This document shows, piece after piece, positions 12,836 through 27,104 of a stretch of 64,000 nucleotides of DNA. The position numbers and the translations under genes were made by a program. This stretch comes from Octopus vulgaris (lineage: Eukaryota), in NCBI GenBank assembly GCA_951406725.2, contig OX597815.1:60078001-60142000 (forward strand), given 5' to 3'. Under the pieces are notes generated by a model. The model did no database searches. It had not been told where the DNA came from and saw only the letters and a list, made by a program, of their open reading frames with translations. Every line of letters begins with the position of its first letter. Within the stretch, counting starts at the first letter, position 1.

Positions 12836-12958
12836 TCGCTGTACCAAAAATGAAAAATCCCTCTCGCCTAGATGTATATCAGATCGCCATGTTGAATCGC
12901 TAGCTTCTGTACGCATTTTTTTCTCTCCTTGTTTCTCTCCGTGTTTCTTTTCTGTGTA

Positions 12959-12996
12959 TCTTTCTGTTGAAGAGCGTAGGCTCGAAACGTAAAAGA
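12959..12996 (+). ncRNA. Minimal hammerhead in 5' pLTR, core CUGUUGA (A6U)
   Basis: tcttt-CTGTTGA-a-gagc-gtag-gctc-GAAA-cgt-A-aaaga: perfect 5-bp helix I, 4-bp helix II, ACGU palindrome. Confidence 0.75.
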
Positions 12997-13705
12997 CTTG
13001 TTTTATTTATATTCCTGAGCGCCATACTAATACAATTGTTTGTTTGTACTCCACCTGCCTTCGTCTTTTGTTTATTTTCATAAAGCTTCCCGTTATATAT
13101 TACGCGCTCACGTGGTCTCACTTTCATCCTATATTCTACCAACACCACTATCAACTCTTACCTCTGCATTGGATTTTCTTTACCTCCTGGATACTTACCA
13201 CTGGCTGCGCCTCTCTTTCACGGATCAAAGTGACTTTGTTATTGATGTGAAATCCTTAAAAAATATACCACGACGTCTATACATTTTTAACCTTGAACTC
13301 TCAACCTTGAACTTGTTCGTATAAACTGTCCCGTTCGTTTTATTTTATTTTCTCATATATTATCTTTTTTTTACATTCATTTCATACTTTCCACAATTTC
13401 CTGCATTTTTTGTCCTCCTTTCTGTCGTTTCTTCCTTCTCTGGATGTCCATACTCTGTTTCCTCTGCCTGCACCCCCTTTTTTGCCTCCCCCTCTCTCTG
13501 TTTCCTTTCTTTTTTCTTTCCTTTTTCCATTTGTCCCATCTTCTTTGCCTTTATTTTCTGCCCCTACCGCTTTTTTTATCTAGTTTTTCGAACGATTGTT
13601 TTTTTTGTTGTTTTTTCGAACGTTTGTTTTTTTCCCCTTTTTTTCTCCCTTTTTTTCTCTTTTTTTTCTCCCCTTTTTTTCTCTCCTTTTTTTCACTATT
13701 CCACC

Positions 13706-16530
13706 ATGCCGGATTACAAATCCTACCTCCTCACTATCCACCACTGTTTGAAAGATTACCTCCGCCTACTCCCTCCAAACTGCTTTCAGCCGTCCATTAA
13801 TCTCTCTCTGCTCCTTTTTAAAAAAGCCCGCTTCTCTAGCCACGTCTCTTTTCGAAACCGCTGCCTAAAGGTTTCCGCCTCCATTTCCACCCTGCTCTCT
13901 ACTCGGCTTCTTCCATCTTACCCATACTCCGCACCACATCCTACCGCCTTATGCGGGCCACCATTCGCTCCAATCTCTCTAAACTACATACCATCGACTG
14001 CCTCCTCCCTCCTGCTTTTTCCATCCTTTTCTCCTCTCTGCCGCCTTTCCATGCTCAAAACACTCTACGCTTCATTATCCATTTAAATCACCTCTTCCAT
14101 CAATTTCTTTCCAATACCAAACTTCGTAAACTCCAATCACTCCTCTATTCCACCACACCCGACGCCACTATCCCAACTCCTCCACTACCCTTCTCCCCTC
14201 CTGATAGGCTCCACCCACCCACACCTAGCCCCACTGTCCCTCCCAATAACCCCCCACCTCCCCCAATCCCTCCCCCTCAAACCTCCACCAGCCCTACCAC
14301 CCCTCCTACTCCTACTCCCATTCCATCCACCCCTCGTACTTCTATTCCACCCACCCCTTCTCCACTTCCGTCTGTTGTTACCATTCCCCCTGATCTTCCC
14401 CTCTCTGCGGCGGAACGCTCCGTCCTTAGTAGGAGTCTGCGTTTCATCCCCCTCACTCCATCCTGTAAGGAATTCCAGACGCGAGCTGATGTCCACAGCT
14501 TTGTGCGCCGCGTCCGGTTGGGTGCGTTTTTCCGCGACTCACCACCCGCATCCAACGACGAGGACTGCTTCACTGACCTGGGCCGCCGACCATCCCTGTG
14601 GACGCCTGCCCCCGGCCAGTTTCTAGCAGTGGATCTTTTCGCGGGTGCCTGTTGGAGCGGTTCAACTTCTCCAGGCGTACCGCCGCCTCAACATCTCCCC
14701 GGCCGAGCTCTCGACTCTTCGTTCCCTCCAACTGCGCGCTGACATTATCATCAAACCGGCTGACAAGGGTGGAGCTGTGGTGGTGTGGGGCGCGAACCTC
14801 TACAGGGCCGAGGCTCTCCGCCAACTCAATGACACCTCCTTCTACTCCCCTCTGTCCTCTAACCCCACACGTAGCTACCAACAGACGGTATTCTCTACTG
14901 TCCACGACCTCATCTCGTCCTCCCGTCTCCCCACACCGCATCCAACCTAATTGTGCGAACCCCACGCACCCCCACCATTTACTTCCTCCCCAAAATCCAC
15001 AAACCCAACAACCCTGGCCGCCCCATCGTCTCCGCCTGCAACTGCCCCACAGAGCTCATCTCAAAATACCTCGACCATGTCCTTGCCCCCCTAGTGGCGT
15101 CTCTTCCCTCCAACATCCACGACACCAACCATGCTCTCCGGCTTTTCAACTCTTTCTCCTTTCCTCCCGGCTCCTCCAAAATACTTTTTACAATGGACAT
15201 CCAGAGCCTCTATACCGTCATCTCTCACAACGAAGGACTGCGGGCACTTCAACACTTTTTCGACCTCCGCCCCAACCCCGAACCCGACACCTCCACACTC
15301 ATTCGTCTGGCCGAACTTGTCCTTTCTCTTAACTGCTTCTCGTTCGCGGGCGAGTTCTACCAACAGATCTCGGGAGTGGCCATGTGAACGCGAATGGGCC
15401 CCAACTATGCGAACCTATTCGTTGGCTATGTTGAGGCCCAAATATTCTCTAATTTCACTGGTCCCACTCCCGAACTATACGGTCGTTACATTGACGACAT
15501 TATCGGTGCCACCTCACTCTCCCGTGAACATCTAGATCCCTTCCTCTGTTTCGTTCAATCCTTCCATCCTGTCCTCCACTTCACCTCCACTATCTCCAAC
15601 ACCTCTGTCTCCTTCCTCGACATTTCGGTCAGCATTCATCACTCCACTCTTACCACCTCCATTCACTACAAACACACAGACTCACACTCATGCCTAAACT
15701 TCTCTTCCTCCCACCCAAAACACACCAAGCTTTCCATCCCCTATTCCCAAATCCTCCCGTCTCTGTAGTGACGACCATGACTTTGAGACTCAGTCTCAAC
15801 GCATGGCTCGCCACTTCATCCTACGTGGATACCCACTTACCACTATCCACACCGCCCTTGCCAGAGCACGTTCCGTACACCGTGCATCTGCTCTCTCCCC
15901 CCGAACCCTCCCTGTAGTCTCCCGCCTCCCTTTTTCCCCTCACTTACCACCCCACGACCCTACCTCTCCAACGCACCATTCTTCAAGCTTTCCGGCATCT
16001 CCAGTCCGACCCGTCCACTTCACACTTCTTCCCTAACCGACCCCTCCCCTCCTTCAAACGAGCCCATAACCTACGAGACCTTTTGGTCCACAGCTCCTTC
16101 CCTGACCCTGCCTCCCAACCTGGCTCGTTCCCCTGCTCCCACCCACGTTGCCGCACTTGCCCTTACCTCTCCAACACCACCCTCCTCACTGGCACCCATC
16201 ATCGACCCTATCGCATCATCAACTCCTTCACCTGCACCTCCAGCAATATCATCTATTGCATCTCTTGCTCTCTCTGCCATTCCCTGTACATCGGCCAAAC
16301 GGGACGCCGCTTGGCTGACCGGTTCGCGGAACATCTCCGTGACATCCGCCTTGCCAACGATACACCGGTCTCACGCCATTTCCGCTCCACCGGTCACTCC
16401 TTGCAACACCTGTCTGTGTTCGGTCTGTCCTTGCACAGAGGCCATCCGGATTCCCGTTTGCGCCGTGAACAGGGATTAATCTTCTCTCTTTGCTCTTTTA
16501 CGCCATTTGGTCTCAACTCTCCCCCTCCTC
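13706..16530 (+). pseudogene. PLE polyprotein: RT, Cys-rich linker, GIY-YIG endonuclease (frameshifts and a nonsense codon)
   Basis: IIIKPADKGGAVVV; YFLPKIHKPNNPGRPIVS; MDIQSLYT; GVAM*TRMGPNYAN; YGRYIDDI; PCSHPRCRTC; NIIYCISCSLC..LYIGQTGRRLADRFAEH; PFGLN. Confidence 0.93.
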
Positions 16531-17091
16531 ATCTAACCTCCCCCGACTCCTACTTCTCTTCAGCCCTTCATCTTTTCACCCCTACTTTCTTTCCCTCCTC
16601 TTCCCTTCTTCCTCCTCTTCTTTCCTCTTTCTTCTTCCCTCTTCCCTTTCTCTATGCTCCCTCACTCCCCTTCTCCCCTTTTCTCTACCCCCTTCTCCTC
16701 TCCTTCCTTCTCCCCTTCCCCCTCCTCTTCTCCTCTTTCCTTCTCCCCATCCCCTCTCACCCTCTCCTTCTTTCCTGCTCCTCCCTCTCCCCCTCCCCCT
16801 CCTCCTCCCCTCTCCCCCTCATCTCCTCTCTCTACACTACACCATACGACATTACACATCACATCATACATACATACACACGTCCAGACCTTTCATACGC
16901 ACTACATACTCTCTCATACACACACGCACCCTTATGTTGGGGCGAAGTCATTTGACCCTGTTATCTCCCCTACTTTCGCTCTCACGTCCGATCTCTGACT
17001 TCTGGCCGGAATCAGATCGCCTTGTTGAATCGCTAGCTTCTGCACGCATTTTTTTCTCTCCTTGTTTCTCTCCGTGTTTCTTTTCTGTGTA

Positions 17092-17129
17092 TCTTACTGT
17101 TGAAGAGCGTAGGCTCGAAACGTAAAAGA
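17092..17129 (+). ncRNA. Minimal hammerhead in 3' pLTR, core CUGUUGA
   Basis: tctta-CTGTTGA-a-gagc-gtag-gctc-GAAA-cgt-A-aaaga; one mismatch in helix I. Confidence 0.7.
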
Positions 17130-17217
17130 CTTGTTTTATTTATATTCCTGAGCGCCATACTAATACAATTGTTTGTTTGTACTCCACCTGCCTTCGTCTT
17201 TTCATAAAGCTTCCCGT

Positions 17218-17249
<32 letters not shown>

Positions 17250-17399
17250 GGCGCAGGAGTGGCTGTGTGGTAAGTAGCTTGCTAACCAACCACATGGTTC
17301 CGGGTTCAGTCCCACTGCGTGACATCTTGGGCAGGTGTCTTTTGCTATAGCCCCAGACCGACCAATGACGGAAACTGAAAGAAGCCTGTCGTATATATG

Positions 17400-17430
<31 letters not shown>

Positions 17431-17616
17431 TTGTCCCCCTGGCATTGCTTGACAACCGATGCTGGTGTGTTTATGTCCCCGTCACTTAGCGGTTCGGCAA
17501 AAGAGACTGATAGAATAAGTACTGGGCTTACAAAGAATAAGTCTTGGGGTCGATTTGCTCGACTAAAAACGGTGCTCCAGCATGGCCGCAGTCAAATGAC
17601 TGAAACAAGAAAAAGA

Positions 17617-17617
<1 letters not shown>
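17250..17617 (+). mobile_element. tRNA-derived SINE with internal microsatellite
   Basis: ggcgcaggagtggctgtgtggtaag (A box) .. gggttcagtccc (B box); near-identical copy at 18220. Confidence 0.9.
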
Positions 17618-17653
<36 letters not shown>

Positions 17654-17731
17654 GCGCTGAAATTGTCTTCAATTTGGCACGTAACGGATTACAAGAAGGT
17701 GACATGGAATTTTCATTTTAAGTACCCGAGA

Positions 17732-17782
17732 CTTGGTGAGGAGAATTAAGGCTTAAGCTAGAATTCGAAATCATGATCCAGG
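17732..17782 (+). ncRNA. Hammerhead-like motif (C3G)
   Basis: cttg-GTGAGGA-gaatt..aattc-GAAA-tcatga-TC-cagg; palindrome AUCAUGAU shared with 35931-35987. Confidence 0.6.
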
Positions 17783-17929
17783 GAAATCTGTTACCTTATC
17801 CTATGGCTTCTTAGCTGAGAAAATATGTTAAATTACACTCCTTTTTCTGATTTCTGTTGGTCCGTTTCATATTTTCAGTAAGATTAGTGGTTAAGTTGAA
17901 GTGCTTTGCGTACCCTCTAATATAGTTAA

Positions 17930-17975
<46 letters not shown>

Positions 17976-17990
17976 TTATATAAATATCTA

Positions 17991-18200
17991 TGTGTGTGTG
18001 TGTCTTTGGTCTGTGTTTGTTTCCCCACTACGACTGGACAACCAGTGTCAGTGTAGTTACGTCACGGTAACTTAGCGATTTGAGAGAGTACCAAACTTAA
18101 AAAGAAAAGTATTGGGGTCAATTCATCCGACTTTGAAATAATCTTCAAGGTAGTGTCCAGCATTGCTGCAGTAGATTGACTGAAGCAAGTAAAAGATAGA
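17991..18200 (+). mobile_element. Older diverged 3' half of the same SINE family
   Basis: gacaacc..gtaacttagcg..ggggtc..gtccagcat..gcagt..tgactgaa.caagtaaaaga aligns to 17451-17617. Confidence 0.7.
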
Positions 18201-18219
18201 AGAAAAAGGTTAATATATA

Positions 18220-18614
18220 GGCGCAGGAGTGGCTGTGAGGTAAGTAGCTTGCTAACCAACCACATGGCTCCGGGTTCAGTCCCACTGCGTGGCATCTTGG
18301 GCAAGTGTCTTCTGCTATAGCCCCGGGCCAACCAATGCCTTGTGAGTGGATTTGGTAGACGGAAACTGAAAGAAGCCCATCGTATATATGTATGTGTGTG
18401 TGTGTTTGTGTGTCTGTGTTTGTCCCCCTAGCATTGCTTGACAACCGATGCTGGTGTGTTTACGTCCCCGTCACTTAGCGGTTCGGCAAAAAGAGACCGA
18501 TAGAATAAGTACTGGGCTTACAAAGAATAAGTCCCGGGATCGATTTGTTCGACTAAAGGCGGTGCTCCAGCATGGCCGCAGTCAAATGACTGAAACAAGT
18601 AAAAGAGTAAAAGA
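18220..18614 (+). mobile_element. tRNA-derived SINE, second full copy
   Basis: Aligns to 17250-17617 along its length. Confidence 0.9.
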
Positions 18615-19027
18615 TGTATGTATATATGCATATGCATAAGTCTATAAAAAAGTATATACATGCATGTATACATATTGGCCGAGAAGAAGACAAAGTGAAT
18701 GCCAGAATGATTAAAAACTTAAAAATGTAAAAAAAGTATATGGAAATTTATGTACGCATGCGTATTTGTGGATGTATTTGTGTGTATCTCGGCGTACGTA
18801 AAAGTATGTATTGCGTCTTTATGATTCTAGGGTTACTTCACAGATTGGGATATGATGAACAACGGCAACAAAAACAACAAATAATAATATTAATAATAAT
18901 ATTTATAACATGAAAGACCTGAACATAAAACAATAAAAATAATAAACAAAGTAAATTATATTAAAAGGCAAAGAAATATAATTTACGAAAAACAACAACT
19001 AGAATACACACAAATATACTCATACAC

Positions 19028-19077
<50 letters not shown>

Positions 19078-19349
19078 GAAAAACCTTCACTAACATAAAA
19101 TATTGAAAAATTAAACTAAAATTTATATTAAAGAATGGAATACAAGTATAAAATATAAACAGGTATAGAAAAACTCATATAGAAAATATCTGGAAAGGTA
19201 AACTGAAATATATTAGAAAAATACGGCAACATATAAACAAAAATATAGAAATGAATATACATAGCTCATATATAAAAAAAAGTTATCCTATATACGTATA
19301 AGATGACTTTTTATATATGAGCTCCGTATATCATTTCTATATTTTTGTT

Positions 19350-19503
19350 ATATGTACATCTATGTACATACATACACACACATACATATATACATACGTA
19401 CATGCATACATATATTCATACATACATACAAACATACATACAGATACATACATACATGAATATATATGAGTGTGTGTATGTATGTATATATCTATATCTA
19501 TAC

Positions 19504-19588
<85 letters not shown>

Positions 19589-20037
19589 GATGACATAGAA
19601 GAAATATGCAGTGAACCACGGATTACACATGCGCACACATATATATTTGTTTGGAACTACATACACACACACATCTACACACACATATGTGTGTATGTGC
19701 GTATATGTATGTATGTATGTATATATGTATGTATGTATGTATGTATGTACGTACGTATGTATGTATGTATGTATGTATGTGTGAATGTGAGTGTGTATAG
19801 GTCTGCGTGTGTGTGTTTAAAATGTGAAAAAAATAATTAGAAATATATCAAAAACACAATCAACAAAATATAAAATTAAATATAGAAACTTATGAAACGC
19901 AACATATAAACATATATAAAACATGAAACAATATATAGATGAAAAATCGTGTAAGAATAAAGAAAAAGATATTAGAAAGAGAGAAGGACGAAATACAATA
20001 TATATATACATACATACATATATATATACATACATAC

Positions 20038-20071
<34 letters not shown>

Positions 20072-20122
20072 GTATGTATGTATATATATATGTATGTATG
20101 TATATATATATGTATGTATGTA

Positions 20123-20158
<36 letters not shown>

Positions 20159-20375
20159 TGTATATTTATATATATATATATATATATATATGCATATATA
20201 TATAATATATATACATATTATATATCATATATATATATGTATATATGGATGTATGTATTGTAATACGTTAGGAAAGGCAACGAAATGTTGTAAAAGCATT
20301 ACAGATATGCATACACACATGTTTATATATATATATATATATATTTATGCATACATATATATATAAATAAATACC

Positions 20376-20410
<35 letters not shown>

Positions 20411-20419
20411 GTATATCTA

Positions 20420-20450
<31 letters not shown>

Positions 20451-20481
20451 TTATGCATACATATATATATAAATAAATACC

Positions 20482-20516
<35 letters not shown>

Positions 20517-20525
20517 GTATATCTA

Positions 20526-20556
<31 letters not shown>

Positions 20557-20633
20557 TTATGCATACATATATATATAAATAAATACCTGCATATATATAT
20601 ATATATATATATATATGTACGTATATCTATATA

Positions 20634-20680
<47 letters not shown>

Positions 20681-20719
20681 ATGTATATATATATATATAT
20701 ATATATGTACGTATATCTA

Positions 20720-20767
<48 letters not shown>

Positions 20768-20800
20768 TATGTATATATATGTGTGTGTGTGTGTATTTAT
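19350..20800. repeat. Compound TA/TATG/CATA microsatellite field including a ~105-bp unit repeated three times (20342, 20447, 20554)
   Basis: atatttatgcatacatatatatataaataaatacctgc...gtacgtatatctatatatgtgtg recurs. Confidence 0.9.
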
Positions 20801-21299
20801 GAATCACGTAGATAACACAGAAGAGCAAACTAAGATATATTGGAGATTGGGCGTGGTGGTGGGGGAGGGCTGGATGGGGATGGGTGGTGGAGTGGAATAC
20901 AAGACAGACATGAAAATATATGTAGTAAAAATAACATACTGCAAAAAGTAAACATAAATAAAAAAACTGAATTTTAAATAAATAAGAAACCACCAAACAA
21001 ACCAAAAACAACAACAATAACAGCAGTAATAATGATAACAACAACAACAATATCGCCAAACAAAGATAACCGACAAAAAAATATAAAACTCAGCAAACAG
21101 ATAAGGAAAAAGATAAAAAGCAATTTGGAATATGGTGGGAAGTGTATAGAGAGAAAAAGAGAGAGATGGGGAGTAGTGATGTTGGGTGAGGAGGAAATTT
21201 GAGGCAGAGGAAAATGGTTAGAAGGTGTAGGCGGAGGCGGCTTCAATTGGAATTCATCTTTGCCTAAAAGATTTGCTGAAGATAAATAAACAAATGGAA

Positions 21300-24171
21300 T
21301 GGGAGGGAGGATGGCGTGGTGTTGTAGGTGTTAGTATTGGTGGTGTTGGTGGTATTGATTATAGTGGTTGTAGTGTTGATGATAGTAGTGTTGATGAAAG
21401 TGCTGTTGGTGGTGGTAGAAGTAGTGGATGGGGTTGAATGTAGCCATGTTACTGTTGGTGGAAGTAGTGGTGTTTTTGGAGGTAGTGATGTTGGTTGTAG
21501 TGATATTGGTTGGTAGTAAAGGTATTAGTTGTAATGGTGCTCATGGTAGCTTTTGTGGCAGTGGTGGTGCTGTTAATCGTATTGGTGGCAGTTTGGGTGG
21601 TGTTTCAATTGTTTTCGCTCGATTCATTCAGGAACGATAGTAATAAAAGTGAGTGTAAAGGCAGAAATCTTGACCTAATCAGTCAGGCATACCACTGTGA
21701 CATGTCTTATGACACAGTCAGCAACATCTCTGTGACTTGTCTTACTCATAGTTAAGTAGATAATGTATTGATTTACTTGTGTGCGAGTATCATGTTCAAA
21801 CTCTCCACAATTGTGTAAATTGTACCTTTATGCTAATAGTTTTAAATATATTGTTGGTGATGGCATGAGTGAATTGGCGGAGACGTCAGGGTGTCTGAAT
21901 AAATAATTCGTAGTATTCCTGTTCATCTCTGAACGCTCTGAGTTTAGCCTGTTGAGTAGCTGTCATGTACTGTAGGTAGATTTAATATACTGTCTACGTT
22001 CTACGTACCACCCTAAATGTGCGGCTTGGTGCCTATTGCGTACAGTTGTTGAACAGAACGCAAAAGAGAATATAGGATAGAATAGAAAGAGAATAGTACA
22101 GAATAGAATATAACTGAAAAGGATGGAATAGATAAGAATAAAATAAAACCGAATTGAGTGAAATGGAACTGAAAATAATAGAATAGAATGGTAGAGAACA
22201 GAATAAAACGGAATAAGGCCGAGCAGAATAAAATAGAATAGATCAGGAGAGAATATAAGAGGAGAATAGAATGTAAGAGAAAAGAAGAAATTTACAGGAC
22301 AAATAGCAACCATATTGGATGTTGAGTTCGTGTTAATGTCTGAATTGTTGACTAATGGTTTCTTGTATTTAGTGGTGACTATATCAGTTTCTGTTGTGGT
22401 TGTTGTTGTTGTTGCATAGTCTCCACCCCAGCTCAGCTTTGACTGAATATACCAATGATTCAAAGACATTCCTTTACTCGGGTTAACCCTCGGGTGTCTT
22501 TTACAGACTCCACTTTGTTACAAGGATTCCTCCCACATTCCAACCCATCTATTTCGGAGACCCTCCAGTTAGACATGACGGGCACTGCACCTTCGCCTGA
22601 CTAATTAAAAAGAAAAAAATATGGCCGTCCTATATTATTATACTATGTGATCTGAAGTTTATTTAGCTGCCATTTCTCTCAAATAGAAGAACGTTCGTTG
22701 GTCGTTATCAGAGCAGTGATGGCAGTGGCTGCTAGTGGTAGTAGTAGTTGATGTTATGTTGGTGGTGTTTGTGGTAGTTGTTATGGTGATGATGATGATA
22801 GTGGTGGTGGTGGGGATGGTTGTAATTATTTTTGTTGTGTTGATGATGGGACTACTGCTGCTGATGTTCGTTATGGTGATTATTGTTGTTGCGGTGGGGG
22901 TAATATTGCTGTTGGGCGTCGGTATTTACGCTGTTGTTATCAGTACAGAAGACATCAGATAGATAAAAGGTCGAAGACGACAAAAACTATGATGGCGATG
23001 ACGTTAAAGATAATGACGATAATGTCGACAATAATGGCGATGATGACGGTGATGATGTGAAATACTGGTTTGGGAGGTGGGTGATGATGATGATGGTGAT
23101 TGTGGTGTTGGAAATGATGATGATGATGATGAAGGATATGATGTCAAAAAAATGGCGATGATGATAATGATGATTAAAAATAGTTAAAAACAAAAAGAAA
23201 TGCTGTAAAAAGAACAAAAGACGAAAAACCCAAGGAAAGAAGAAAGGATGAGTAGAGGAGTGGTGGGAGGTGAGGGGTGAGGGTGGTAGAAATAAAACGC
23301 TGGGTGGTTTATTGATGTGCTTCCATGACATGACAGGCCGGATGTCAAGTTTGTGTTGTCATAGAAACGGAAAGTCAAAACAAGTAAAAATGAAAGCAAA
23401 AAAAAAAAGTAGAAGAGAAAGAAAAAAAGGAATGAAATGAAAGAAAACAAAAACAAATGAAAATGAATGAAGAATAACGAAAAAAAGAGAAATCTGAAAA
23501 AAGAAAGCGAAACCAAAAGTAACCAACATAATAAAGTATAAAAACTATAAAACAAAAAAAAGTGAACATGAAAGGTCCTCCCGCCTTTACTAAAAAAGTG
23601 AAATAAATACTAATAAATATGAGTATAAAGAAGATTAAAAATGAAAATAAACAAAAATAAAATATCGTTGGTTTGGAGTTTAAAATGTTGACGTATTTGT
23701 TATGGTTGTTATTAGTGTGTGTAAGTGTGTGTGTGTGCATGTGTTCGTGTGTGTATTTCTGTGCATGCATGTGTGTGTGTTTGTGTGTGAGCGTGTGTGT
23801 ATTTGTGTACATGTTATTCAGGTTGTTACTGGTTTGCTGCTCTTTGGGCAGAGGTGGCAGTAGTGGCAGGGGTGGAGAAGGTGGGAAGGGTGGTAGGAAT
23901 TTCAAACAGACAAGCCGGGACGTCATGGTCATGCGTCTTGCGAGTTTTACGGTTCTTGGCTGTTGAGGTTTTTAGATAGAGTGATAGAGGATAAACAGAT
24001 AGACAGAGAGAGACAGATAGATAATAGAAAGATAGACAAGCACATAGGTATCTAAACAGATAGACAAACAATTAGACAGATAGAAAAAGGATAGACATAC
24101 AAATAGAAAAATCGATATATAACAATATATATATAAATATATAAATGTTTATTTCTCTATCATTTGTCTGC

Positions 24172-24259
<88 letters not shown>

Positions 24260-24790
24260 TTATTTGTCTATCTGTCCGTCTGTTTGTCTAGATAAATAGA
24301 TAAATACTCAGTCGGTGAGGGTGAGGAGAATGAAAAAGAAAAGGAGAGGGAAATTGGAATGTTAGAGAGAGGAAGTAAGAGGGTGAGAGAGTGGGAGGAG
24401 GTGTAGGAATTAGCTTAACTTCATTGAACTAAGCTTGTTATTGTCGTAGCAGTAGTAGATTGTAGAGCAGATTGCGTGGGGATGGTAATGGTGTTGTCTA
24501 GTTCCAATAAATTAAATTAGTTTATTGTTGTAGACCAGGGCTACTGTTGTTGGGACTCGTCTAGTTTCATCGAAAATTGGTACCTTTTGGTTTTGTTATT
24601 GTTGTTGTCGTTCATTTTTGAACTCAGCTTGTTGTTATTTGTTATTGTTGTAGATAGAAGTAGCGGTAGTGGTGGTGGTGGTGGTGATGCTGTTATTGAA
24701 TTTCATTTACCCAAGGTTGTTGTTGAGGTAGTGGTCATGGTTATAGGGTAATAGTAGTAGTAGTAGTAGTAATAGTAGTAGTCAACCCCA
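21300..24790. repeat. Low-complexity tract of decayed (GGT/GAT/GTT)n, (GAATA)n, A-rich and (CTAT)n repeats
   Basis: Direct reading; e.g. (CTAT)n 24172-24258 and degenerate (GAATA)n 22070-22270. Confidence 0.85.
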
Positions 24791-25261
24791 GGTCAGTCTT
24801 GAATGAAAACACGCATACAACACTCACGCACATACACACACTCATATACACATATATGTGCACATTCACACACAAGCATAGATATACACACATACACACA
24901 ACATTCAAATACACATACGTTTACATACACTCACACATGTACATACTCACAACACACACATACATACCCACTCATACATACACCAAGCTCATATACATAC
25001 ACACACTCACACACATACAACGTCCCCCACACACACATAGACACACACACACCTACGATCAAAAACCTTTCTTTTATTGTTCATATTATGTTGATAGCGG
25101 TAGTTGCCTGTATTGGTTGCTGTTGTTGTTGTTGTTAATGATAGCGTTGAGGAGTGGTGAGGGTGATGATGTTTTTTTTTATTTAACCCCAGCTTACTTC
25201 TGATCCAGCATCTCGCTATGATTAATGACGTTCTGTAAATGACCTTCAAGTAGTTTTATTT

Positions 25262-25633
25262 CAATGCCGTGACTCTCCGTCGGTTACGATGACTAGGGTT
25301 CCAGTTGATCCGATCAACGGAACAGCCTGCTCGTGAAATTAACGTGTAAGTGGCTGTGTACTCCACAGACACGTGTATCCTTAACGTAGTTCTCGGGGAG
25401 ATTCAACATGACACAGCGTGTGGCAAGGCTGGCCCTTTGAAATACAGGTTCAATAAAAACAGGAAGAAGGAGTGAGAGAAAGTTGTGATGAAAGAGTACA
25501 ACAGGGTTCGCCCCCCCCCCCCACTGCCGAAACCTTGTGGAGCTTTAAGTGCTTTCGCTTAACAAACACTCACAACGCCCGATCTAGGAATCGAAACCGC
25601 GACTCTACAACCGCGAGTCCGCTGCCGTAACCT
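25262..25633 (-). mobile_element. tRNA-derived SINE
   Basis: Minus-strand head ggttacggcagcggactcgcgg..gcggtttcgattcc..gggcgttgtgag, related to the heads at 2091 and 29708. Confidence 0.8.
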
Positions 25634-26307
25634 CCACATTTCAGTGTAACTATTAGAGAATATATTTTCTCTTACTGATCGTAGTGCTGGTGGTGATGGT
25701 GGTGGTGACGGTGTTAGTGGTAACATCACTGATGAAGGTGGTGGTGATGGTAGATGTGGCGTTATCATGGTGTTGGTGATGTTAAAGACAGTGGTTTTGT
25801 TTTTGTTTATTATGTACCGTCCCAACCCCGCGTCTTTGAGACATTGACATAACTAATAATTCCTGCCATTTGCTCGACGTCATTTTGAATGGGACGGGGC
25901 CAACAGTTTGACCTAAGACATTCCAGCTGTAGATGTAATGGCAGTGGTGTTGGTGTCGTGGAAAGTGCTGCCGTTAATTGGTTTGGTAGAGCTGCCGCTG
26001 ACTTCACTTGCGTTGATCGTATTAATATTCAAATTGTTGTCACAAATATGGTCGTGGGATTGTCTCAGAAGTGTATGTTAGAGTGACTTCTATAATTTGT
26101 CCAAGTAATTAGTAGACAAAATTCCCTATAGAGTTATTTTCAATATAAAAACAACAAACGAAGTTCCATAATTTTATTAAGACCAGTTGACAAAAGTGCC
26201 CATTGTAGATGACATGGTCTTTAAGATCAACTGTTGAAAATAACGAGAATGTTCCTGTCTTATTAGACCTCCCCTGCGTAACATCTACTTGGTTGGTAAG
26301 TCTAATA

Positions 26308-26362
<55 letters not shown>

Positions 26363-26826
26363 GTTTTGGGGCTGGCCAGATTGGAGCAGTCTCAAGATTA
26401 ATCAGCCGAACTTGCGAGGATGATCCGGTTCTTGACTGTGGATAAAAGGCTTCGAATGACCCGTCCTTGTTTTTTTGTATTGTCTATCTGGATGTATATA
26501 TATATTTCTCGCTTTATATACACGTTTACAATATGAATACATCATTCAGAATACTACCAAAATACTGCCTGGTTTTGCCTGGGATTCTAACTAAAAACTC
26601 TACCCTCATGCAAGTACCGACCAACATCCATATCCTCTGCAAAAAGATGAGTTGTGAATATTATTCTCCTGCCTATATTCTTCTGACTACTTTGACGCTT
26701 TATTTTTCTATTTTACTACTTTATTCTTCCATTTTACCACTTTATTCTTCTATTTTATTCCTTATAAACTGTGAATTATATACCACGTAAACTATAAATG
26801 TTCCCCGTCTAAAATATTCATACATT

Positions 26827-26897
26827 GTCTCTGATGAGACAAGTGCACGGACATGCTACTCAACCATTTGGGCTATCTCAGAAAAGGCTATTAGAAC
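26827..26897 (+). ncRNA. Degenerate hammerhead in a decayed pLTR-like segment
   Basis: gtct-CTGATGA-gac..ctca-GAAA-aggcta-TT-aga; resembles the gaaacagctgtaagac family. Confidence 0.45.
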
Positions 26898-27055
26898 TTC
26901 AAATATATATATATATAAGTGATTATTTATGTATTGGGTATGTTCCTGGTAGCAAGCAGATGAAGCACGTTCACTACCTATGGCTACCTGACATCGTTCT
27001 CAGTATTTACCCAATTGTCGCTGGATCTATCTCAGAATTCCTGAGTGTTTGTTGA

Positions 27056-27104
<49 letters not shown>

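Larger units (their letters stand above)
12878..17224 (+). mobile_element. Near full-length Penelope-like retroelement (Neptune-like) with direct pLTRs
   Basis: ~220-bp direct repeats 12878-13100 and 17011-17224 (offset 4133) flank a disrupted RT + GIY-YIG frame; ends in (TA)n. Confidence 0.93.

Noticed and set aside
15385-15387. In-frame TGA in the PLE RT as possible selenocysteine or readthrough
   Set aside because: It falls on the conserved Gly of GVAMG (GGA to TGA), not a Cys position, and the frame also has frameshifts. Simple nonsense mutation.
12878-17224. Interpretation as an LTR retrotransposon because of the direct repeats
   Set aside because: No gag, protease or integrase, and no TG..CA ends; RT + GIY-YIG identifies a PLE.
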